A stretch of DNA of 64,000 nucleotides from the human T2T-CHM13v2.0 reference genome, Homo sapiens: the NCBI RefSeq assembly GCF_009914755.1, contig NC_060930.1; one strand, 5' to 3'. Both the position numbers and the translations under genes were made by a program. The stretch's first letter is position 1. The number at the start of each line of letters is the position of its first letter. The notes beneath the pieces were generated by a model. The model ran no database searches and was not told the origin of the DNA. It saw nothing but the letters and a program-made list of their open reading frames with translations. This document shows, piece after piece, positions 41,736 through 55,920 of the stretch.

Positions 41736-43419
41736 GAGGGAAATAAGAGATTTGTTCTCTGGGAAATAGCTGATCCAGAAACTGTCATTAATTCATAGGC
41801 CAAAAAGCCAAACTCCTATTTTGCAGCCCTTTCCCCATGGACTTAAGGAGTCTGAGGATTAAAAAAAAAAAAAAAAGTCTGAGGTATAAATACGATCATA
41901 AAGAGACATTCAAATTTGCTTTCTTCAAAGATTTTGCTCTGAGCTACCCACGACTGCCTGAGACATGTCAGATCTTCAAGAAGTGGCTAGCTCTACTCTG
42001 AGAAGCTTTCTGTTTCTGCTTGCTACCCAGGCAACCAAAATGTCAGTGTGCACATGTGCATGCGTGCATATAAATATATACACATCTCTCACCGTCTTAT
42101 TCTTCACGTGCTACCTGTCTGCGTATATGTGTTTATATACATGTATGCGTATGTCTGTGTCACATGTACATTTAGAGGTGTTTTTGCTATTTGAATTTTT
42201 GCTTCTTTTTATTTTTGAAGACCAATGGAAAAGTGTTTGAAGACAGCAGATTACATTAAAAAATCAGTTTCACCGACTGGCTCTCAGATACTGGGTACAT
42301 GTATGCACACACACACCTCTTCTACCCCCTCTGATTAATAGATGCTTCCTCTTAAGTCCTTTAAAAGAGGCATTCTTAGGCACATTTCTCTGCCAAAATG
42401 TAGTGGATTCCTCTTTGAAGCTGTGACCCTGTTGATTTTGTTCACTGCCAAATTTCACATCATGAAAAAAATAGCTTAATATTGGAGTGATTAACTTTCA
42501 TGGAGAGCTGACAGAATTGAGTTCTTCAAAACCTAAACTCTGCCAATTTTGATGTCCCTAATTTATTCCAACAACCATTTAAGTCTAAATGCTTCCATTT
42601 TAATCACATTAACAGTATATTACAAAGAGACTGAACACCCAGAGGACTCCAGTTGCAAAATGAATTTGGCTCTTCCTTGTCCTCTTTATCTTTAGAATGA
42701 TCAAATAGCTGCTGGCAAAAATGTTCAGCTAGAGTCAGCCCTCTGGCAATTTCCCATTGAGTCCCTCTGCTTCCTTAGCCAGAGGCCTGAACCTTGGCAC
42801 TTGCCCAGACATCACAGAGGAAATAAACATACCTATTATCCAAGCAACCACAAAGATGCCTATCTGACCATTGCTGGCATTAGGTTTACCTGGACAGCTG
42901 CATTTGACTGGGGCTAAAGAGAGGCAGCTTTGTGAAACTAATCCACATCAATTCCTATCAACCTGGAGGCCTGATTGGCACCACGATCTAACCAGGGAGG
43001 CTGCAGCAGTGGCCCTGGGGAAACTGTGTGTTCCTGGTACCCCTTCTGGGTCTCACCAGTTGATAAAGTATCAGGCCTTCAGTGGGGCCAGTGCAGAGAT
43101 TTGTTTATACCAAGGCTGAGCCATTGCCAGTTTGCCCATTCCTCTGGTACTGTACTCACATAAAGGTGCAGGAAAGCTGAATATTTAATGCAGGTATTTT
43201 ATTTGAAACCAAGTGCTCCTGTTCTCCAGGGTCTACTTTCTGCCACCAGCCTACATCCTAGGAAATAGAATAAACATTTTTCTGTACTGCATAAGCCAAG
43301 CTATTTTCATATTTAGTTTCCCAACAGCCATCAACTGCATATGTGTGCAGACCCTGAAAACTCAAATACCTCCTTACTGTTTTGGCAGTGTTACATGGTG
43401 GTTATAAGCTAGGGTGTTC

Positions 43420-43620
43420 CTGTCAGAGAGACTGTGCTAACCTCTCAGCTCTGTCACTCATGGTATAACTTGCAGCAAGTCATTTCTGCTCTCTGAGATT
43501 GTTTTCTCAACTACTAACATGGGTAAAAGAATTGTATCTACTTCACACAGTGCTGCTTTGAGAAACAAGTGAGGTAATGCACAAAATTAAGAATCTGGTC
43601 TATAGTAAGTGCTAAATTAT
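43420..43620 (+). mobile_element. MIR
   Basis: cagctctgtcactca...gcaagtcattt...ctctctgag...gttttctca...tatctacttcacacag...tgaggtaatgca. Confidence 0.65.
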
Positions 43621-43636
43621 GCACTTCATGTAAGTG

Positions 43637-43641
<5 letters not shown>

Positions 43642-43685
<44 letters not shown>
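43642..43685. repeat. (TA)22 microsatellite
   Basis: Pure TA run. Confidence 0.97.
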
Positions 43686-43689
<4 letters not shown>

Positions 43690-44455
43690 GTTTAACCAGT
43701 GTTATTGATATAGGAATATTACAAATATTTTCCACTTTTTAATTGCTTGAATTCAAGATTGCTACTCAGTAACAATACAGAAAAAGAGATGAGGAGGTTA
43801 CAAGTTATTTCAAGCTTGAGATACGACTTCTTTAGAGGTTTCTGTTATTACTATTGAGCTTTATTGGATTAGAAGATGCTAGCTTCCAGAATTTCTATTA
43901 CGCTATGGGCTCAGGGACTGCAATATGTTGGAAGAAAAGCTGGGGATTGTCTTAAAGTTGCATTTACATACTAAGCCCACTCATTTTCCTTAGGTTATGT
44001 GATCGTTTAAGGTAGCTCTGTGATGACAGGCACTGATGGAGATACAAGGATGCCATCTCTTGGTATCTTCACATTTACATCCCTCCTAGTCTACCCCTGG
44101 GTGTTCCATGTCATCCTTATTCTGGCAATTTCATCTCCTCTGGCCATGAACAATTAAGGATATTTTTAAAAACTTATTTTACAAAGTCCCATATTTCCAC
44201 TTAAAAATCTTTGAAATAAATACATTATGAAAACAGAATTAAACACTTAAACACAGGTTATTTTTGTCCTCTTTGTTAACCCAAGGCAGTATCTTCTAAA
44301 GCCAGGGCTCTGTTGATAACTTTGGTTGGTTTCATGACAACTTCTATAGTTAGAATCCCATGTTGAAAGATGAACTGAATGAGACAAATATGAGGTAATT
44401 TTCCTCAATCAGACAATAAAAGTGATGGGAAAACAATATATTTTTTAAAGTTTAA

Positions 44456-44771
<316 letters not shown>

Positions 44772-47700
44772 AATCAACACATACTTTTGAGTGATACAGA
44801 GGTGCCTTTGGCATTGTGAAAGGTGAAATAGAATATTTTTTGTACTTTAAAGTAGAGGAAGTGTTCACATTTCTATTCTAGCAGAAAATCTATTTTCCCT
44901 GTAGAAACCAGTAATATTCCCTAATATAGTTATTTGTATAAGGACTAATGTTCTAGTTCAATGATTGGAGCTAGAATGGGTTATTTTTGCCCCTAGACAA
45001 TTGGACCTCCACACAGAGACTCAGACTCAAAGAGAAAGGATGAAACACAAGCAAATATTATAGCCAATCCTCAGCCTCCTGAAAGGGAAGAATCCTTAAC
45101 CAAAGAAGAGAGTGAAGTGTTCGAGTCTCTCACCTCTCCAAGGAAGATTCTGATGTTTATATTTGAGAAGGGAGAGTAGAATTTTTGGGACACTCATGAG
45201 TCTTTGAGAAAACAAAGTCCATTTTTATATGGCTGGAGAAGGGACAACACTTTTGTCGGAACTCAGTAGTGCTAAGAGCTGTAGCCAGTCGTTGGATGTG
45301 AACCCTGTTGCCTTCGGCTGCAATGGAATTACAGACACTGGACTTCCTTTCTTTTGGGGCCAAAGAGGTATATCCTGAGTATATTAGGTGTAACCAGGCA
45401 GTCAGAGAACAATCGCGCAGTCATTTGAAGGGTAACCAGATATCTGGGTCAGGTTGCGAAAAACATCAATAGTGTTGGGGTATTTCACTGCTGGGGCTCC
45501 CTGGGGAAAATATTACTCAATGGTCATCTTTGAAATATAGCTAAAAGCCAGTCATATTTACATCACAGAGCATTGTCTGTATATTATTTTTAAAAGCAAC
45601 TTCAGTCAGCTATATATCTAAGGCCTATGGGAAATAGTCTGGTAACAGAAAGAAAAAATTCAGGTAGTATTTTCTTGGAGGGTCTTAGGTCCCAGAGATG
45701 GAAGCCTAATACATAAGGGAAAATAAAATGTGTCATATGAATAGTATACAACTACAAACCTCTTTATAAAATTTGAGATTCTGAGCAGTAACTTTATGAC
45801 TTTTTTAAAGCAATCTCTTTTAGGAAGCTGAGGATATTTGGAGGATTCCATTTCCTGCAGAGTAGTTCAATTAAGCACAAGTAATTTCAGTCTATGCACA
45901 AAAGGACGTGAGTAGTAACTGGTTACCATTTGATGTTAGGATACATAGTTCAGCTCCCTTGGGACAATCTATAATAAAAATGCAGTAACACCATGAACAA
46001 ATAGAAGGGGCTTTTCTCATTTACCCTTTATGACACCATTTCTGTCAAGATGGTTTCTTCGTGGAAGTGTGCATGCTGAATTTTTAGTGTTTATTTCCTT
46101 ACCAATGTTCTTCTACATCCAGACCTGGCTATAGATTGCTCCTCTCAATTTTTACTTCCATCCTCTTGGCACCAACTCTCTGAGATACTGACTGATCGCT
46201 CTGGCTTATGAAGCGATATGAAGAGATATGATTCTCTCTGGCTTATGAAGCCTTAGTCATTTATGTGCATTTAGAGATATCTTTGGATGCAGACTTGCTA
46301 AATCACAAGGCAGTCTGATGATGAAGTACCTTACCCATTTACACTTGTATAGAGGAATATCATCCAATTATCTACAGTGTATTTCTGAAGTACAGGAAGT
46401 TGGAGACTGGTTCCTATGTCGGCCTTTGTGTGCAATTCTCTTTTTTACTCTTGATCATTCTGGCAGCAAGTGCATTTGACATTAAGTGCACTGCACGCTG
46501 TATCTTTGTGCATGGTGTCTCCAAGTATTTGGAAGAATCTCAGAGTCAATGCTAGAAAAATAAATGTTTTAACCAAGTTTGAACAGAACAAATTGAAAAG
46601 TCAGCTACTTAGAGGAAAGGATGCCCACTTATAATCTGCACATTATGTACTGTTGTGTTTTAGAAATACTTATTTGTAGCAGACAGCACTGCGAGGAAGA
46701 AAGATCACAGTCCTCAGAGTCAGTAGACATCAGTTTTAATTCTGCCTATGCATAGTTAATGTTTGACCTTGAACAAGCAGCAACCACTCTAACCATAGTT
46801 CTTCCAACCGTAAAATCAAAGGCAGGCCTTGATGATTTCTTTAGTGTCTCATATAGTCATTGGATTGTCCTGAGGGAGCTAAACTATGCATCCTACCATC
46901 AAACAGTAACCAGTTACTACTCATGACCTCCTGTGCATAGGCTGAAATTACTTGTGCTTAATTAAGCTACTCCTCAGGAAACAGAGCTCTAAAGCTCTAC
47001 ATTCTGAAGATATTGTTAAACATTTTCCTTTCATGGAATAACCAGAGATAGAAATTCAAAAGATGGGATTTCCAAGTCATGGTGACATTTTGTGTCATAT
47101 CACGGGGTGATCTTGTGAAAGAAGTGGTTGGCTGTCAGTTCACCTCTCTGGACATGCTTGGGCAACAACACACAACTATTGGAGGCACGAGTGAATAGAT
47201 TCTGAAGCCATCCAATAGAAGCAAGTTGTTAAGTGGTTATTTCTCAGGCTGGTTTAAATCTACTAAATTCCCATTAAACCACTATAATAAAGGTTTCTAG
47301 TATGAACTTGGAGATAAAGGTGTGCCAGGGCCATGGTCCAAGTAAAGCATTTAAATGGCCAAGTGTGATGGCCAACACAAAATCCAGAATATCAAGTCAG
47401 CAATGCCTGTCTGCTGGGAGAGAAACTAAATAGTTATAGTGGTCTGAGGAGCAAACATAAATAAATGTACCGACTCTGAAGACCTTGGCACAGACAGTAC
47501 AATAATGAGTTGTTTTGACAAGTCTAAAAAATGTTTGTCTCTACTCTTTCCTATGACTTGGCAACTATTTTACCTTGTATCGATTTGTTCCTCATTTCCC
47601 TTGCAACAAAATTTACCCTCTTGCTTTAAATATGATATTCTTTCCACAAAGACTATTTCTAGCACCTATACCTTCTTCCTAAATGAGTTACTGCATTTTC

Positions 47701-50489
47701 TTTCTTGCCCTCTGCTAATCCTCCCTCCACTGAAAAGCCAAAACAAAAGGGAAAAATTTCACCAGCTCCAAATAAAATACTGTATATTTTCCCATTATGC
47801 AAGGAGTGAAGGCAAAATGGGTGTGGAGTTCTCTGTGGACAGCTGCTTCCCTGTACAAGATGAATACTACCAGTGCTCCTTTAGACTTTAAGTCTTTGTC
47901 TCAAAGGCTTTGTCTTCAAGCCTGTCTTGTGACTGGAGTGTTTGTTAATAACTGCTCCTCCTGCACCTCCATGTCTCTGTGTGTCCACACATCCCTGCCT
48001 ACTGCTTCCCATCCCTGATTCTAGACACCGGTTTAGCTACAGGAGACAAGAATCACTTCCAAAGGAAGATGTTGAATTCAGGCAACAGAATGGTAAGAAA
48101 AAAGGCCCATGTCATTGTTGTTGTTTCATTCTTAGCACACACTTTCATTTCTAATGTTTAAATTCTATGCAGTGTTTCCTGATTAGGAGTTCTGTTCCTT
48201 TTCAAGGATTCTCAGGGATCCTTTTTTTAAGTTGATTCTCAGGGATAGAGCACGTTACCTTCACCACAGTAAGTTCCTCACAGGTGTAGAGTCCCGTTTG
48301 AATAAAAACATGTGTCTTCTCAGACAAAATGTGTGTCCTCCCTGTGGCTTGCACAGCAGGGTGCCATGTCCCTCTCTGCTTTTCCCTCTCCCCTGGAGGG
48401 TCATCTTTCTTATGTGGAAATCATGATTTTTGAGAAGCTGAAGCTGAGTTGAACTATTTTCCCCTGATTCTTATCAAGGCTTAAACTATATTAAAGGAGC
48501 TACCATTTTAAAAGATCTACTCATTATACTTCTTTTAGTATCATAGTTTTAATACTTGTCATATGTCCTAATCCAAATCCTATGCTTTACAAATAATAAA
48601 AATAAGGCCTAAAGGTATAGTGACTTACCCAAGTTTACAGAGCTAATTTGTGGAGGACAGTGGAGAGTAGCCCAGGTTCTGATTTTCTGGTTTTGCATTC
48701 TGATTTTACATTCACTGCTATACAAATTTTACATTCACCACCACACAAATGGAAGAATTTTGTTATACTTCCAATAGATACATATGTGAAGATCACACAT
48801 ACCCATTGAATATGTTTCAATCAATCTTGATGTTGGGAATTCTTTCATGTTTGGACCAGGATGGTACTTCCATCAGAGCAGAGTATTCCGCCAAGCTAGG
48901 AGGATCTCTTCATCCTCTAGACAGAAAAGACAGCTGACCTCAGCCCAACATTCTACTTCATAAAAGATGTTCATAGTCATGATGTCATTCTATCCTCACT
49001 AATCATAAGAGGTTGATAATATTGATAGTTTTACCTTATAGACAAGGACCCCAAGCTTCCTCAGTAGAAATCTAGCCATTAGTTCATGTCACATGACTTC
49101 ACCTCCAGATAGACCTTGTTCTAGCTTGGAATCCATCTGAAGTGCATTCTAAACTAGGGGAAGCGTCCATACTTTCTTAGCTGGAGTATCCTGAGGGAGA
49201 AGAGCTCTAAAGAATAAGAAGAGCAAGGACACAACCTGACATCATGTTGCTGCCCCACCCGGCACACCCAGCCACACATATGTGCCCACAAGTTTTGATA
49301 AGAGGGTGCCTTCACGGTCCCCAAATCCTTAACATTTATGATGATGAATTCTGCATTGGGGTAGCCCATTTCTGAAATTTCAATTTGGACTTGAGTGAAA
49401 ACAGATTTCCTATTAAATTCTTTTTGACAGAAACATCTCATAAACAAACAAGCATATAAACAAATATTTCTAATTTCCTCTTGGTGAATTATTTAAAGAA
49501 TGCACATAAATCATGGCAATGTTTTTCCTTTGGATGACTTTTATTTATAGTTTTCTGTCTTTAAGAAAAATTTCAATAATTCATAATCACATTTTATAAA
49601 GTTGCCTTGCTGCTAAGAGCCAAGATAAAGATACATATGATTTAGCTTCCTAATATTTTATTTCTCTCTTCACCCATAAGAGGTCTGGTTTCCCAAGAGA
49701 GCTGAGCTCTGTATCAGAGGGTATTCTAATAATTTCATTGATGTATACAAAATGTATTTCCTTTTCCTAAAATGAAAAAGGAAAGTAGCAAAGGCAGTTT
49801 TCATTATACAGATTCATAGTGGTGCACCACAGTGGTCTGTGCTCATCCTGAGAGGAGGCCTGACGTATGGCTGCCAGATTTGAATATAAATGTAAACTCC
49901 TATTGCTCCACAGAATCCCATGCAGAAATAAGCTTACACCCAATGCATGGAGAAAATCAATAGTATATTATTAAAAGAGCATTCTGACTTTGTGTAGAGC
50001 CATTAAAATTAATCCCATCAGCATTAAGTCATGGGCCCTAGAGAATCACCCAGGAGAGCCATGGAATGATGGCAACCCACACAGATTAGGAAGAGAAGGT
50101 GACACAGGCAGAACAGAGAAGGAAGTGTGGTCTGGCCCAAGCATTGCCCATGTCCCTTCCTGGCTGCCCTTCTTGTGAACACCTGGGGGTTCTGCATCTA
50201 CACGTTCCTGGTGCCCAATCCTGAACACCACCCTGTCTCTGCTCCAGCCCTCCCTGTCTCCTGGAAGTGCTGCTTCTGAAGGCAACTGCTCTAAACCTTC
50301 TGCTTCTTTAGACAGCTGTCTGATAAAACAAAGCTTTCTGCAGGGTTCATGACTGACAATAGGGTCAAATGATCAATTGCCCCTGATCACAGACTTCCTG
50401 TGAGATGCAACACCGTAGCCCAAAGTCTTCACCCAAAGTCACGATAACTAGGAGAGAGTTTTTGACTGATACAGCCTTGTTCATTGTGG

Positions 50490-50690
50490 GAGAGCATGAA
50501 AGCCCTGAAAAGCCAGGAGATCTGGGTTAAAGTCCTGCCTCTACCGTCAAGTAACTCCCCTCACTCTGGGTAAGTCACTTGACCTGCCTGTGCCTTAGTT
50601 TTCTCATCTGATAAGTGAAGATTTAAAGGGTGTTTTGTGAGAGCTTAGTAAGATAATGAAAAGGTACATGCAAAGCAACACGGTGCTTTA
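50490..50690 (+). mobile_element. MIR
   Basis: gatctgggttaaagtcctgcctctacc...ctgggtaagtcacttgacctgcctgtgccttagttttctcatctg. Confidence 0.75.
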
Positions 50691-53600
50691 AAAATGCAGC
50701 TATGACTTCATTTAGACATTTTGTGGAACAAACACACAGAGAGATGTTGTAACACAAGGATGTAGGAAAGACAAAAGACAGACTTAATTTATTAATCATT
50801 TCCTGAGTGTTTATTGCAAGGTGGGCATTGTTTTATGCACACGAGGTGGAGGAGCGAAAAGACAGATTGTCAATTATCTACATTACTGCTAGCATTACAG
50901 GAGTTTAAAATTATCTTTCATCTCTTGTATATTTATTGTGCATGGCATAAATCAGCCACACTAGTATCTGCATACTAGTATTGCTTTCAAACACCAATGA
51001 TAGAAAATGTCCAAAGCAAATCAGAGTAAATTAATTTTTTTGCATTAATTTCTGTTTCTTTCAAATACAAAGATTCATATATAACTACTATCAAAGGCGT
51101 TTTTTGCCTTTACAGATGGTCAACATTTGTTAAAGAAGTCAGGAAAACGCAGACATGCAGGGATTAGGACATCCTTGCGTCATGGGTCTCTCAGCCTTTT
51201 CCTTAACCAGGGGTGGCTGCGCTGCACTTGAGGAGGAGGCAAGGGGCAGTCAGGCAGCCTGGAGTTCTCCTGCCCACTCTGCTGGCTCTGCTGGCTCCCC
51301 AGCCTACTTCAGCCCCAGCCTCGCAAATTCCAAACTGCTGATTCATGCTCATGATGTGAGCCTAATGACCGCGAACACGCTCTTGTTTTTCTTCTTCAGG
51401 CACATTTTCTTGGTAACCAGGCGGATGATATGCTAATGCAAGCTGGCAGACTTGATCTCAAACTACAAAAATACGCTCTGCCACGTGGAGGGGACAAAGG
51501 AGGAAAGAGACTTCAAGGCTATCCTTTTGACTCGGGTTTCCATTTTTGTCGAGAAGCACACAGCAAGTGCTCAACAAGGAGATTTGGTATTCAGAGGAGA
51601 CCCACAGTGACCATTAGGATTTTAAACCACCATGAGCAGTAATTCTTCTCATTTAAAATAAATGTCCTCTAAGCTTTTTTAGTAACACACTTTATGAGAC
51701 TCCGCTAGTTTCTCGTGCTGTTTCAGACAGCTCTGGGTAAGCAGGAGATGCTGAATCCAGTGAGGCAGAAAAGTCAGAATTTGCCTTTTCTCAAAATCCA
51801 TCTTGGCCCCAACTTGGCTGCATCTTGCTTCTGAGTCATATAGCAAGGGTTCGTTGAAGGTCACCGCAATGCCCTGGACTACTTTGGAGTTTCAATGTAT
51901 TGCTGTTGAAATAATTTTTAATCTCTTCCTGTCAGCTGGCCAGATGATACAATAATATTACCCTGTGTTGCCTCACAAGTGATTAAAGAACAAGAGCACA
52001 GCAAGTCCTGCTTCCCAGCCCTCTCACAGGAGAGCATAGAGGCTTCTGCAGGGAGAACGAGCCTTCTGCAACATACAGATATTCCCAGAAAGACAATTCA
52101 CAAAGCAGTTTATTAGTGCCTGTGTTTTCAAGGCACTGCTGAGCGGAATGCCAGGGCCATTGGCTCCTGTTTTATTAAGGTTCTTGTCTATCTGACTCAG
52201 ACTCACAAATTTTCTGGCCACAGACTTGGAATTTACTGTAAAGTGAGTCATCCGGTATGAACCAATGAAAATTCTCCAGGCAAATTCAGTTCAGACTCTG
52301 AGTTGTTATTTTTATTCTAAAATGGTCTTTTTCTTTATTATCTGGAAACTCATCAGTTAGGTGAGTCTGAGTGAGTCTGTGTTAAGAGGCTAAAATTAAT
52401 AAATCCATCTGGGTAATTTCATGCCAAAAGCCACAACCTTCGGTTGATAAAAAGGAAGATGTTTCATTTCAATTGGAAGGTCACAGTCGGTCTGCTAAGC
52501 TGATTTTGAAAACGATATGCTGATAAGCATAGGAAAGGGTAAAGAAATTCCTTACAAAGCAAAATGAAAATAAGAATTTCTTTTTTCATCACACCAGAGG
52601 AAGATTCAAATTAATGTCCTCAGAGAGAGGTCACTTTGAGATACAGAGAATCAAAGGTTGGCTACCATAGGTTTAGTTTTTTATAATCTGCTTATAACTA
52701 GTTACTTCCTTGATCACTTCAGCACCTACAACTATCTTGAGACAGTTTTTACCACTTTACAATAAAAATACTAGAAATAAACATTTTCTTTTATTTTCAG
52801 TACTCTGGAAAGTCAAATTTTATTTGAGCCCAAACCACTAAATTCTGACTCTATCTTTTAAAGTGCTCCAGAGCCAAGACTCTAAGCCATAGAGCCTTAT
52901 TGCTACAATCATGGTCATCAGATTACCTGTGGAGCTCTTGCTGAATGGTGGAGCCAGGAAGGAGCAGCCACTGCAATCTCTTTATGTCTGTAGAGCTGTT
53001 GCTAAGCAGTACTACAGGCAGTGTCTAAAGGCCCATCTCCAAGCCTGGAGTGTTCCAAACAACATCTATAAGAAGTCTCCAGAGCTGTGGCATCCCAGTG
53101 AGAATGGCTCTTGCATTCAGGCTCCAACAAAAGTGTCCAGGCAGGAAGTTGAAATGGAGGAAGTTATGTTAGAATGACTATCCTCATTACACAGATGAGA
53201 AAAGTGAGTCATGGAGTAAGTCAAACTCCTCCACCTCCCAACAACCAAGGAATAAACTAGAACCCATTTTTCTCTGCCTTTGTGTGTTAAGTTAGACATC
53301 CACTGGATTATGCCACTTCTTTTGGGGAAGGGAAGAATAGAAAATTGGATGACCCAGCACAACAGATGAATTCTGAGGGTGAAGAATGCAACAGGAACAA
53401 ATTTCCATTTTCCTGTTATTTGAAGATGGAAGAGTAGATGTGGGTTCCAGTGAAGAACCAAGAAGCAGTTCCACTGAAAAAGTAGTATTTGACTCAAAGT
53501 AACCATTTTGAACAAAATTCTGAAAAGTCGACCTTAAATAGTAAATGACTGAGATAGCAAAGGAATGAAATTATCTGTTCTTCCTCAACAATAAACAGAA

Positions 53601-53864
53601 AGGGCTAATTCAGTCCATGGTAACTATTTAACCATATCTCAAGTGGGTGAGCAGCAATCAATGATTAGCACAAAAATGGTCAGAATAGCAGCATGTTTCT
53701 CATATGCAAAAAAAAAAAAAGCCAAGAAAATTATCATGGATTGAGAGCATTTTTGTTAGAATATGTGAAAATAAAAAAAATGATAAAGGTGAAGATTAGA
53801 AAAACGTGGAAGAGATGGCAGTAAGAGAGCACAGGATAGGCCCCTAGCTTTGTCCTGGAAGCAT

Positions 53865-53879
53865 TGACCTCTCTGACCT
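53865..53879 (-). promoter_or_regulatory. Perfect DR3 nuclear-receptor element (AGGTCA gag AGGTCA)
   Basis: tgacct-ctc-tgacct on +; motif match only. Confidence 0.4.
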
Positions 53880-54630
53880 TGCCGCCCACAATGTTCACCT
53901 GTGACCATCTGTGTCCACCTTCAGTGAATGTATTGTTCCCAAAAGGCTCTTGTTCCTATCAGAGTACCACACTAGAGCTGTGGTCCAGCTCTGTTCAGGA
54001 ATCCACAGCCCCAGTCCAGATTTTAAAAGGAAAACCAACTGCAGAAATGTAACAAATAAAACAGCTTGCTCAATAAGAGTTACTCAAGTTTAACTATGGA
54101 TGACTGACCGAGATGAGGCAAAGAGCAAGTACTATCTGCCAGATATAATAGCAGGAACTCTTTATCTGTTTTCTCACTGAATGTCCTTAAGAATTATATG
54201 AGATGTGGCACTATCCCCATTGCTCTAGACACTGAGAACCAAGGAAGTTCTGTTACTTCCTCAAGGTTGGGATTCAGTTCCAGGTAGGCTTTAATCCTGT
54301 ATGTTATTTACATCATTTCCAACTAATAAAGATGAGAGTGTAATTTATGCACATATCACACTCAAGTATTTCAGGCGGATGTCAATTAACTAACATCTTT
54401 GTTATAAAATTATAACAGGTTATCACAGGCAAAATTTTCCATTAGTGCATCTATACTTTTGAGTACAGTGAAATATAGACAAGTAATTCTCAATGGGAGG
54501 AGTCAGGGAAGAGAAGCACATCAGGATTACCTGAGCAACCTGTTCAAGCAGATCTCCCATTACCCTCCCCTCCCCAACCCCCTTCACGCGTGTTAGTCAA
54601 TGTTATCAGCAGAATGTGTCTGACTCATAA

Positions 54631-54951
<321 letters not shown>

Positions 54952-55739
54952 TAATTTTTCTCACATTATTTAGGTTTTCGTATGTTTTGATAGTTCATTT
55001 TCAACTTCTGCCTCCCACAATTTTACATGTAACCAATATTCTCACAAAAATATGAATGACTGACATCTTCCATTTACTTAACTGACTTACTCTGTACATA
55101 TGCATACACACAGCTTCATTAATGTACTGACTTCTGATCAGATTTAAACTGTAGCAAATTTCTTCATCAGAAAATAAAAACCTCTAAGAACGTTACAGGA
55201 AGTGATTTCAATGGATCAGGATGCTTTATCATCTATTCATTAATGCTGTCAACATCCAGGTACTGCTGAGTGCCTACAATATTCCAAGCAGTTGCATTTT
55301 ACCAGCTAAAGTAGAATATACCCTCTTGTTGAGTTAGCCATTTACTTATGTCGGAGAAACATCCTTCAGAATAAGGATGCCCTGAACTCTTCTGAGGGCA
55401 TTCAAAAATACCAGAGTCATTGTTAGTTTGCCCTTGAATGACTCTATGTTTGTTGGAGATAAAGCACTCATGCCTTTCAGGTGACACTTTCTAGATGTCA
55501 GCAATTAGTTATAATTATTAATAATTTTGGTTACTATAACTTATTAGTAGGCTGAAATTTAGGCTTTGAAGAAAAATGGATTGGTTAAGCCTTAGAAAAC
55601 ATAAACACACTGAATGGGCCCTGTACACTCTAAATACCTTCATACTATTTGAAGGAATTCATAGTAAAACTTAAATCTTCAGGTGAATCTGTACTAGTAG
55701 CCACTACTAGATTACTGTACCATCCAGGACACCAGAAAA

Positions 55740-55920
55740 ACTGGAAGGCATGTGAGACTGAGAACCTAAGGCCTGCATCCAAATCTCAGTTTGCAAGTTT
55801 TGGAACCACAGATAAATCACCTGATGTCTCTGAGTTCCAGTTACTTCATCTGTAGAGCAGAGAAAATAATGGCTCTGCCCATCATCTCACTAGAATATTT
55901 TCAAATGATCTAAGGTTTGT
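55740..55920 (+). mobile_element. MIR
   Basis: ataaatcacctgatgtctctgagttccagttacttcatctgtagagcagagaaaataat. Confidence 0.6.

Noticed and set aside
47150-47164. p53 three-quarter site GGACATGCTT-GGGCA
   Set aside because: The second half-site is incomplete; expected by chance.
53117-53535. 132-aa minus ORF and exon-like purine-rich stretch
   Set aside because: Translations in all frames are unrecognisable and the acceptor is weak.
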